DNA from: Balanoglossus misakiensis
Lineage: Eukaryota > Animalia > Hemichordata
DNA: 64,000 nucleotides
Assembly: GCA_040954595.2 (NCBI GenBank)
Contig: CM082588.2
Location: 7,858,844-7,922,843, forward strand
Direction of reading: 5' to 3'
Shown: in pieces, positions 37,669-48,577 of the stretch
How positions within the stretch are numbered: position 1 is the first letter of the stretch
How the letters are laid out: every line of letters begins with the position of its first letter
Notes under the pieces: model-generated
Seen by the model: only the letters and a program-made list of their open reading frames with translations
What the model was told of the DNA's origin: nothing
The model's database searches: none
Position numbers and translations under genes: made by a program

Positions 37669-39099
37669 TCATATATATGCAACAAAACCTCTGCACATCA
37701 CTGCTGACTTGTGGTTTCCTTGAATTCCTCACCTCAAGTGTTCCTCTAAAAATGTCTGGATACTCTTCAACATCATCATCATCATCATCATCTTCACCAT
37801 CATCTGAGTTGGCATGGCAATCGTCATCATTCTCCTGACTCACACATGTGTATTTCCTCATAGTTTTCCCTTCTATTGACCAGATGCACTTGATATCGTC
37901 CCCACAGGACAGCAGGTCTTTTTCCACCACAAATTTCAGCTATAAATGCGAAACAGATTAAAAAAACTAATCAAATGTCATTTTAATTAAAGCACCAATA
38001 GCTACCACTTACAGCATATTTTCCATTGATAAAATACTGCAATCTTTACCTCTTTAGCCGACAGATGACACCATTTTGAGTTTGTGCAGATTCTAATTAT
38101 ACGGGGATAATACCTATTTGTGCAATGTGGACCGCGGAAGCACCAGTTTTTTCTATGGCGCCTTGCAGAAGTTGCAGGGCTGTGGTGGAGGCCGTGTAAC
38201 ACACAGACCTGTACGCAGAGCTACACATAAGGCTGAGAGGGCTGATAATAATATTGTGGGGAATAGAAGGTTCCCGTTTTCCCAGATACAAATGATTTGT
38301 TTGGGATTATTTTTCTATCGCGTAGGATTCTTAGAGAAAGCTTCTTAGTGATACGCTTCAATTGAAAGAATCTTACAGGACACTTGCATCAGATTCAGGG
38401 TGGGGGGGGGGGGTATTACAGGTATATTCTTCGACGTACTTTCACTGTAATTACATCAGTCCATTCACATGTGGAGTTCGTGACAACATGCTTTTGATGT
38501 TGATATGGACCGAACCCAACCCATCAGTTTAGCCAAAGGTCTTCTATGAGTAGCGACTAAAGATTAAAAGAGATAAAAAATGCAAACTTTGAAAAACAAT
38601 ATGCCAGTTTTTAGGTACAGTGTTTTTTTATCATAAATTAAAACTCTGTACCTAAAATATAGCACCATTCGACCTACAGACTGAAACCTGACCACTTCTA
38701 CCCCATAATCCCCCGTTTTGAAGTAAACCATATTTCATATACTGAATAACTTTTATGATAACATTTTGTCTTAAATGTAGGTGTATTTACATCAATACAA
38801 ACTCAAAAATAAGGGTACTCCTACTACTTGTTTGAAGTCTAATGATACAAGAGAACTACTGTATAAGAATACCAATTAAATAATGTACTATCATTCTCGA
38901 AAACTTTTTTCACTCTCTCCGCATTCTTCATGATTTTTTTTTTAAATTGTCTGAGATTCTCTTTACTACGTTTACAGCTAAAGTACAATGTATGAAGTCA
39001 TGTATATATACCCAAAGGCTGTATGTTGTAATTTTTGATCTTATCAAATACAGCTAGCTGTCCTTCATTACAAATTAAAACAAAGGATTAGGTAGTCCG

Positions 39100-39230
39100 T
39101 ATGTAAATGAGGCCATCAACGCTCATCTATTTTCAGCCCCTGACGTCATCGGTGTTCCCCCCTGCATGCCCTGATGTGATTGGCTATTGATGACGTGTTC
39201 TCTGTGTTGCTAAATTTAGTGCTATAAACA
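39100..39230 (+). promoter_or_regulatory. Putative promoter of the AAC4-like gene (CRE TGACGTCA 39141-39148, inverted CCAAT ~39179, TATA-like ~39223)
   Basis: Motifs are in canonical order just before a CpG-richer first exon; duplicated at ~57843-57970. Confidence 0.35.
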
Positions 39231-39627
39231 AACACTCTGCAATCATGTGCAATATATTGAGGAATCGTAGTACGGACAGCTTATCACCGCTAAAAGCATG
39301 TAGATTGTATTTGGTGCATTTCCCAGTTGAGCCGATATATTGCCAAACAAATGTAGAAGAAATTTACGGCCCGGGTAACGATGACAACTGCCGCAAGACG
39401 AACGAGCCAACACCGGAAGACGCATCGGCGGAGTTTTAACGGGTTCCACCCGACCCGTCCGCCGAAGACACAGACGTGTCGTCGATGCCTTCTTCGCCGA
39501 TGAACGAAACGCGAGTCGCAAGAAGTTATCACACGCAAGACAACAGTCGCCCCCACCACTAAACCTCTACCTTGGCGACAACTTTGCCGTCAAGCTTCAC
39601 GACTTGTTCAAATTTGAGAAAGACGTC

Positions 39628-40834
39628 ATGAACAACAGTGAAGGTGGTTTGATACGCTGTGAGTTTGAAGCGAGGCGTGGATTTGATGAGATGAAGCTAT
39701 CGGAGCAAGCGAAGAGAATTTACACCAGTCCAAACGCCGGTGGAAATTCAGTTGAGTCCGAAGTACTGAGGTAATATTTTTACATGCCATGGAAAAGTGA
39801 AAGAAATCCACGAACAAAATAATTCTAAGCAGGATGTTGAGATTCCGCTGTGAATTGCCAGTCGAAATAAATAATTACAGCTATTTTCATTTTTTTGTCT
39901 GAAAATCTGCGTTTATTCGTTTTTTTACCTCCAAAACTTACGAATGGAGACCACAATGAACTGAGTTCAATTGGATCGTGCAGCAACTAAATGTAAAGAA
40001 AACGGCGTGTTTTTAATGTTTCTAAAAACGACCGTTTTGAGGGCTAAAAGTGGTCAAAATGGCAATTTTGTCTTAAGTTGGGTCAGTAAGACTTTTTTTT
40101 TCGAATCAACACCAGTTTCAACTTAGAACGGACCTAAGCTTCCCAAACCTTCTATACAAAATTCTGTTTAATCTATTTATATTTAATCTAACCTGATTTA
40201 TCTATTTCTAAGAAATGTATGCTTTCCAAAAGTAACAAACTTGTTAGTATCACTGTTTGTATCTATAATAGTAAAATTATATTCCCCGTTTTACCTCCGA
40301 CAGTTTTGAACTGCTGAAGCGCTGTTTTAGAGCAAGATTGCTGAAGACGGAGATGGAAGTCAATTATTTCCCATACGGCGGATCCATCACCGACTACACC
40401 TGCCATATGTTTGACACCAAATTGGGCGTGTCGGTCACCAGGGCGATGAAGTTCAAAGGTCAATACGAAACGGAGGACGCGGAGAAACTACTGAGAAAGA
40501 AATTACAGGGTGAGAAACAAGAATTATTCAGATAGTAAGAAATGGTACGGAGTTTATAAAAAAAAACAACCAAGCAATTATTTTACTTAATACTAATCTA
40601 ATTCTTCTCGTATCATTTTTAGGTATTACCATGGCAACGAGAAATTCCTTAGAAGGCTGGTCTAAGCAAATATTACATGTGTGGGCTACCTCCGCTCACA
40701 TTGCGAACACTGTCGCGGACGTTTACTACAGACTGTCGAGGGATATAACCTCAAACACGGTAGTTTTAATCACAACAGCCAGCAGACGATGTAGTATATT
40801 CAGCAACTCGACAAACACCCGGGGAAGAGCCTAA
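39628..40834 (+). CDS. AAC4-like protein (AAC-rich mRNA clone AAC4 family, putative restriction-endonuclease-like fold), copy A; join(39628..39770,40304..40509,40623..40834), 186 aa
   Basis: Spliced frame SPNAGGNSVESEVLS/FELLKRCFRARLLKTEMEVNYFPYGGSITDY...LGVSVTRAMKF...LLRKKLQG/I...WSKQILHVW matches the AAC4-like family motifs as I recall them. Splice sites are canonical with compatible phases. The start is uncertain: the frame is open without an ATG back to 39385. Confidence 0.75.
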
Positions 40835-41466
40835 TTCTTAAAACCCGGCGACGGTTGATTTCAGGGGCGATTTCAAACACTCAATATGGTTGCAAATAAC
40901 GAGAAAGACTTTTAATCAGACTCCTAATCGCACAGCGAAATTTGATAATGTTGTTATAAAATATAATAGTTATAGTATATCTGTACACGTACGTATAAAG
41001 GACGAAATTGTTTTCTGAAGACATGAATTTGAAAGACATGCACGCCTTTGTCTTATAATTGTATAAAACGTGGTATTATGAATCTATATTTCTAAGATCT
41101 TTTTCTACTTCTTTCATTCATTTAGGATTTTGTTACAAATAAAGTTTTTCGTTTCGCTTATTTACGGGATATTTAGTGCGACTGAGTCGTAAAAACAATG
41201 GGCTTCATTATGTGTAGGGAACGCGTCGGCCCGTCGACGCAACCCGAAACCACAAGCTCAGTCCCAAATTCGAAACTCACCTCACTACCAAAAACACGTT
41301 CAAGGCAAGCATGCACGCAAAAAGTATTGAAATTATTTATTAAGACAAAAAAACACCGAAAACACAACAAGTATTGAGATTTAAAAATCACAATAGTGGG
41401 CTAGTCTACATTTTGACCTATCTGACGTCAAATGCCATGAATATATTCAGGCGAAAACGAGGTTGA

Positions 41467-41477
41467 GGGGATTCCCC
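41467..41477. promoter_or_regulatory. NF-kB site GGGGATTCCCC upstream of NLR copy 4
   Basis: Same motif and context as the other copies. Confidence 0.55.
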
Positions 41478-42629
41478 GATGATATCACCATTGCGGACAA
41501 CCATATATTTATTTTTGTTTATATGTACTTGCATACTAGTATTTTGCGCCAATGTCAGTGGCCTTCACATTTGAAATCGTAGCCCCCAAACATCGATTTG
41601 TTGGACTTTTCTTCCCATATGAAATAAAGTTACGAGAAACTTCATCAGATTGTATCATTCTAACCCCTTAACTTTAGCACTCAAAAAATATCAAGTGAGT
41701 TTCACATATACATATACATGGAACTGTAAGGCCAGTCAAAATAGAAATGACGACTGTTTTCACAAGCTTCTGTTAGTTGCGGTTCAGACTGCGTATTTGC
41801 GATTTGCACACAGAGTTGGAACTTTCGCCTGGTTTTTAGCAAATGTGAACATTATAGTGTATCACCAACACTGTTCGAGTTAATCTTGGAAGTGGAGATC
41901 TTCATATATCTGCGCCCAAGTGCTTCCAGAACTGGAGTCAAGTTGTGTTTTGTGATATCGTACAAAGATGGCGACTGGTGGTGCATTTTAACTACAGCCG
42001 AGAAGGTGAATCACGCTAGACTTTGTCGACTACTTATCGACGGCGGATCTAAAGCGGTGAGATGTGTATTTGACAGCAAGATTCCACCTAATGTGCTTGC
42101 AAACACCCTTAACAAGCATAAGGCGTCGTTAGTGAGACTACGAATGTCGTATAAAGGACCTAAACCGGGTCCAAAGGTTATCAGTGATGGTCAGTGGGAT
42201 TTGTTATACCCAACCCAACCCAACCTTGTCAAGTCTGAACTTTTCGACATTACATTGCTCACAGTTTTATTACGGAATATCTGTGGCCTTCGACATCCAA
42301 GAGATAGAGTATGGACACATCCTTCCCCTGGTGATCTCCATGTTGAAGCTGATGTGGCCCGAATAAGAGAATTCAGGAATAGACTTCAACACATGACGGG
42401 CACAGCTGTCCCTGAGAGCGAATTTCAATCTTTCTGGGATGACATTAGTAAAGTATTAGTACGTCTTGGCGCTAAGCAGGGAGATATCGATCAGTTGAAG
42501 ACTGCGAGTATGGACCTTGCCGAGACAGACAAATACAAACAAACTTTAAAGCACTGGGAAGAATCTGACATGGTGCTGGAAAAGGTCCTACAGCGTATGG
42601 AAGAGAAAATTGGCGATCAAACTCGTGCG

Positions 42630-43361
42630 CTTGGTCAGATATCAGAGACACAGAGTGACCATAGCAGTACTTTGGCTGATATCGAACAGAACCAACGGGA
42701 GAACCAACAAGAAACGACTCAACATCTTGGTCAGATATCAGAGACACAGAGTGACCATAGCAGTACTTTGGCTGATATCGAACAGAACCAACGGAAGAAC
42801 CAACAAGAAACGACTCAACATCTTGGTCAGATATCAGAGACACAGAGTGACCATAGCAGTACTTTGGCTGATATCGAACAGAACCAACAAGAAACAACTC
42901 AACATCTTGGTCAGATATCAGAGACACAGAGTGACCATAGCAGTACTTTGGCTGATATCGAACAGAACCAACAAGAAACAACTCAACATCTTGGTCAGAT
43001 ATCAGAGATACAGAGTGGCCATAGCAGTACTTTGGCTGATATCGAACAGAACCAACGGGAGAACCAACAAGAAACGACTCAACATCTTGGTCAGATATCA
43101 GAGACACAGAGTGACCATAGCAGTACTTTGGCTGATATCGAACAGAACCAACGGAAGAACCAACAAGAAACGACTCAACATCTTGGTCAGATATCAGAGA
43201 CACAGAGTGACCATAGCAGTACTTTGGCTGATATCGAACAGAACCAACAAGAAACGACTCAACATCTTGGTCAGATATCAGAAACACAGAGTGACCATAG
43301 CAGTACTTTGGCTGATATCGAACAGAACCAACGGGAGAACCAACAAGAAACGATTCAACAT
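42630..43361 (+). repeat. Coding minisatellite, 8 units (L-L-S-S-L-L-S-L), terminal LGQISET heptad missing
   Basis: Read from the translation; length equals 5x32 + 3x28 aa. Confidence 0.95.
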
Positions 43362-43807
43362 CTGGTTGACATCAAAGAAGGCCTCAAGACTTCACATACC
43401 AGTGAGTCAAGAACATGTGTTCCAGGTAATAATTAAGATTGACAAGTGGAATTCAATTCTATGGCTGAAATCGACGACATTATAGCTTTTTTTATAATTT
43501 GTATAATTTTTGGTCAAACTTAATTTTTCCTTCATGGTCTCATAAATTATATGTGCAGATAAGAACTCATATTCCAATTTGGTCAGCTGCCTTGGGCTGA
43601 CCCAGGGCCAAACTGGGTTAGCTTTTTTCATCTCAAGTCTTACCTCATAATCATACATTGCATAGACCATCATACGCAAGTTTTATACTTATTTTTGCAA
43701 TATATGAGAATGGGAATAATCAGGAAATCAAGATAATTACAATCCCACTTTTCTGGGGAGTCCAAAATCATGTTAGGTGGTGACATGTTGGTTGCCAGTT
43801 ATCTTAA

Positions 43808-44091
43808 TGCGACAAAGACTCTCTCTCACTGCCCCTTTCCCATTAATTATGTTTGATACAAGACACTGTTTATGTTATTCTACATGTGGATTTATATAGT
43901 GAATCAACGTTCGACCGCACACATTAACTTCCATCCCACTTGTATGATATGAGAGCAACAAATCGACGCCAAAATGAATATGGTCGAATTATGATTCACT
44001 ATATATTCACATGTAGAATAACATAAACAGTGTCTTGTATCAAACATAATTAATAGAAAAAGGGCAGCGAGAAAGAGACTTTAATGTCCCT
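43808..44091. mobile_element. Kolobok-like MITE family B in intron 1 of copy 4 (shared with copy 3 at ~26613-26785)
   Basis: Long terminal inverted repeats ending ...GACTTTAATGTCCCT|TTAA. Copy 3 intron 1 has the same variant end at the same position. Confidence 0.65.
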
Positions 44092-47000
44092 TTAATGGTG
44101 ACATCATCGTTGCTTAGTTTGAAAAAAAGATTCTGTTGTACACCACCATTAAAAATAACTTTTCTATAAATTCTCTCCTTTATTTCAAGATGCTTCCTGT
44201 GCTTGGTGCAACTGTAAGAGTGATAATCTCAAGAAGTTTATACGCTGTTGTGCAGTGATGTATTGTGGGAAAGACTGTCAGAAACAACACTGGATGAAAG
44301 GTCACAGAGAAGAATGCAAAGGTACAATTGATCATTTTCTGAACTCCACATGACCCCACGAGATTTCACGTAGCTAAGCAATTTATATGGGAGGACATTC
44401 CCCTGGCACAGGGCAAACAATTAACACGTCCCACCATATTCAATGGCACAAACAATTTCCTCTTTTGTTAAATTCTGCACCTATTCTAATTTCTTAGCTA
44501 CCAACCCGTTGCTATAGTAATTAACAAAGTCTCAGGAGATTTCTCAATGAGCTGGAAATCATCATTGTTAAAGTCTGAACCTATATTCTAGTTACATACC
44601 AAGCTAGATAGTATGAAAATATTCACAAACACCTTTTAGTACATGTAAGAACTTATAAATAAGATACTGAAAATTTCCATGTTTCGCGCATAATTTTTGT
44701 ATTCTCATGTGCAGAGCTGTCTGTCAAAAAGCTGGGGGTAATCACGACATGACCCTGCCGCCTATGTGGAACACAATATGTGGTTCATATACCGGGTACT
44801 ACAGTAGTTGTGGGTCACAAGACTTCTAGTATACCATATGTAACCCCTGACTATATTATACCTAGTACAATGATGTTTTACTGCTTGTGAAAATAGTAAA
44901 CTAAATCTGCAATACAAAAGTCATACTATCAATATTATATAAATTGTTTTTCTACAGATAATTCTGCAGGGTTTGAGTGGCTGAAAGACCATCTCAAAAA
45001 ATTGTACAGCCATGACTTTGACAAGTTCCAACCTCTTCCATGGAATGAAAACTTCTCACTCCATTTATCTGATGTCTATACCCGACTGAAGATGGTAGAG
45101 GTTGATGAAAGGGGTAAGATCATTGAGGACAATGAAGAAAATGACACTGTAGTTCATGAAAGTGCAATATTTGAAGCAGATCGAAATGGAGTGAGACCAC
45201 GTAGAATAAGAATTGAAGGACCTCCAGCTATTGGCAAGTCAATGTTTTCTAGAAAGCTGGCCTACAACTGGGCTTGTGGCAAATTAGAGCAATTTAAATT
45301 AGTCTTTCTGTTGGAAATGAGATATATGAGTCAAGAATCAATTATAGAAACCATATTTGATCAATTACTTCCTGATGATGCAGAAATTTCCAGAGATGAG
45401 CTTGATAAGGTCCTGAAAAGGAATGCAGATTCTGTGCTGTTCCTCTGTGATGGTTTGGATGAAATGTGTAAGGATTTCAAGGAAAGTTCTGATATTAGTC
45501 GGATTATTGCAAAGAAATCATTGCCAAGATGTACAGTAGCTATCACAACCAGGCCCCATGAATGTGACACACAGTTGAAAAACTGTGATTCACATTATCA
45601 CATACAGGGCTTCACAAAGAGTGATTGTAGGGAATATATCAGGAAGTACTTCAAGCATGAGTCTGAGACTGGTGAGAATTTGATCAAAAATTTGGAACAA
45701 AACCTCCAGTTTAAATGGTTGGATGATTTCCTTAGTAATCCCTTACATGTTTCATTTCTTTGTGTACTGTGGGAGGATCATCAAGATGGTGACCATTTCC
45801 CAACTAGAGTGACAGAGTTGTATTTTGAAGTATTGAAGTGTATTTTGAAGAGGTATTGTTCCAAGACTGGAGTCTGTCTTGATGAACAAGGAGAAGTACC
45901 CGTTGATATCATGGCTGATGTAAATAAACTGACTGCCATTGCTTATAATTATCTGAAACAGGGCAAAATACTCATAAATGAGGTAGATGTGATGCCAACA
46001 TGGCTCTTGTCACTAGGGTTACTTGTGCGTGATTGCGGTGTATCTCGCACAAAACCAAAGAAAGTTTGTTTCTTTTGTCACAAAAGTTGGCTGGAATATT
46101 TTGCTGCTTTACATATTGCTGAATGTGTGAAGGATACTGCTTCCTTTGATGAGTTTCAATTTCTATCTGACGACATTTACCACAATTTCCAAGTCTTGGT
46201 ATTTCTGACTGGCACTCTGAAGGAGAAAGCTGGTCCAGTATTTAAGGAAGTTGGGATGGAGACGTGCAAGTCTGTAGGTGATGTTGGCCTTGAGTTTAGA
46301 ATGGACAGCTATATAGCTTTCTTACATGAAAGTGTCAATTATCGTGCATTTTTCAAATTCATAGAACCCATCCTTTATCAATTAACGCGTTTCATTTGTA
46401 ATACTTTATTTTATCTTAGAGAAAGACCTTCTATGGTTGTCAATTCTTTGTCTTCACCATCACCATCACCATATATTCTACATGTAAGTGACGATGTGAA
46501 TTTTCATACATTGTATTATGGAGATAGTTACTTGATGATAATCATTGATATGCTGAAGTATAAACACTCACATGAAAGTAGACCCAAATTTAATAAAAAT
46601 CTCCAGTTAGATATAAACGAAATGCAATCATCAGAGATTTTCTATTTGGCAGAGGCACTGGAGAAGAATCTCATTTCTCTTGAATGGCTTGTGTTGATTG
46701 TGACTCTATCCAGTGGCAAGGATCTGCTTCAGTTGGCAAAAGCTATCAGAGAAACCAATGCGGTACAAAACATTCATATCGTTGTAAGTGATGATAGGGA
46801 TAATGTTGTTGACAGCACTCCCAATGAAAAATGTAAGCAAGGCACCTCAAATAAAGAAACAGATTTGACATCAAGCACTTTAAGAAACCTTATCGAAAAT
46901 GCTGTGAAAAATAAGCATATTGATTGTTTGTCATTGAATACAGTACACCGATCTGACCATCAACGGGAGCATATTGATAACATTGTTCCCTATAATTCAT

Positions 47001-48213
47001 TGAAACAGGCCAGGCACTTTCATAATTTTGTGGAAATCGAAACAGGTTTAAATAGCGTATTATTGAAAGTTGCTGATATGCTTGAACACTGTCAATCTAC
47101 CAAGATTGGTCATTTTGTTCTTTTTGACGATTTCACATGTTCTGCCATTGAGACCGGGACTGCAAGAGCTTTGTTCAAAGCTGTTCAAAATATCAGCAAA
47201 ACAATAAATTCTCTTAGCTTGCTTGTCACATCAAAAGTTTTAGTTACATGTACACCGGAAGATTGTGTTGTTTCATCTGGATTTTTGCCTATATCTGATG
47301 TCGTGAATGAGATTTTGCACATTTTGATGTCTAACACCACATTAGAGGATCTTAAGTTATTTATAGAGAATGACAATGTTGATGCTGTATCGAAGTTTAT
47401 TCAATGTAATAAGTATGTCAAGTCACTGTCATGTGCTCTGTATCAGTCCAGAAGGAGCATAGACCATTTATGTTTAGCTCTCTGTGCTGCTTTGAGTTCC
47501 AATACAACTCTGGAAAGCTTTGCGCTGCAGTTATGTAAGTATAGTATGCATGAATATAGAAACCCTGAACTTTCCACTGAGCATAAGTATATTAGTCAAT
47601 TGATTTTACCAACACATAGGTTATTGTGTGATGGAAAAACTGCATTGAAGACAATTTCATTTACTTTTCCATCATCAAGTACAGAACGCAGTGATTATAT
47701 TGTCAATGTCATGACCGAGCATTTTAAAGGAAATGTTTCAGGGTCATACCAATACACTGTGAAGAGGACGATCAAGTTTAAGATTGATCGTTATATTCAC
47801 ATTCTGAAAGTATCCATCAGTGAACCCTAGAGAATGCTGAATGCCACATTTGCATAAGATGCAATCTGCTATATAGGGGAAACTCCATGAAAAATTGTAA
47901 ACTTTAATTTTTTACAGATATAAAATATACCAGGTAACAGACTTTACTATTAGATATCAATGCTTGCACAGTTAGACAAACTGTCAAGGGATTTTCAACA
48001 TACTGTATCCAGATGGAAATTTAATCAATTTACTAAGGACACACAAAGTGAACAAATAAACAGAATTTGATTTGTTCACTTTATAACATTACTAGAAGCA
48101 AATGTCTACCTCGAAGTGTTTTTCTTGACCCAAAATATGACAAATTCAAAAGGCTTATGAGTTCCACAGATTTACGGGTATTATTGAATATTTGCAAGTA
48201 TGTTTATAAAGCT

Positions 48214-48577
48214 ATGGCTGTGAGAAGAACAGTCACTTATTGGATGAATAATATTGTTCAACTTTCTTTGTATTTGTGTAGTCAGCATTCACTTTGTATT
48301 TGTGTGATGTATTACTTTATTTGAGAACTGGATGTTCTCCTTGCATTTGGACCTGAGGTCTTGAAACGCAATAAATTACTATTATTATTACTGGCTGTGA
48401 GAAGAGCAGCCACTTGCCACTCATAGAGTGTATAATATTGTTCAACTTTCTTTGTATTTGTGTAGTCAGCATTTCATTTTGTATTTGTACGATGTATTAC
48501 TTTATTTGAGAACTGGATGTTCTCCTTGCATTTGGACCTGAGGTCTTGAAACGCAATAAATTACTATTATTATTACT
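48214..48577 (+). repeat. 184-bp tandem repeat (~2 units), putative 3' UTR of copy 4
   Basis: Same unit as 8145-8617. Confidence 0.85.

Larger units (their letters stand above)
33722..38208 (-). pseudogene. Multi-exon gene of unknown function, copy A, with one exon disrupted by a transposon. Exons 38208-38050, 37939-[insertion]-36839, 36236-36065, 35524-35411, 34628-34531, 34403-34338, 33862-33722; further exons probable down to ~32220
   Basis: Seven consecutive AG/GT-bounded segments with mutually compatible phases give LKFVVEKDLLSCGDD...CIYMTDQ/VRRYSNKEKAKYQAINVC...VIFWDLP.../...YFLVCVYQEK/DDYFLPALHKVDDELNDRKTFLVKSQAW.... The 36850-37668 insertion introduces a stop. Start and stop codons were not located. 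Confidence 0.55.
31680..41190. repeat. Cargo block A, segmental duplicate of ~50145-59920
   Basis: Colinear, highly similar sequence and matching ORF-track peptides at ~18.5-18.8 kb offset. Absent from the intergenic regions upstream of copies 1 and 2. Confidence 0.9.
41968..47830 (+). pseudogene. HEPN-coiled coil-MYND-NACHT-LRR-like NLR, copy 4, with a 1-bp deletion at codon 7-8; join(41968..43425,44190..44321,44958..47830)
   Basis: ATG GCG ACT GGT GGT GCA TTT TAA has T4 where copies 1-3 have T5. The rest is fully open (1487 aa if repaired). This is either a young pseudogene or a homopolymer assembly error. Confidence 0.7.

Noticed and set aside
39245-39439. ORF MCNILRNR... as first exon of the AAC4-like gene
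   Set aside because: Out of frame with the conserved domain and interrupted by an earlier stop in block B.
41886-41990. Novel N-terminus MEVEIFIYL... for copy 4
   Set aside because: TTG start in 5' UTR-equivalent sequence, joined to the main frame only by the 1-bp deletion.
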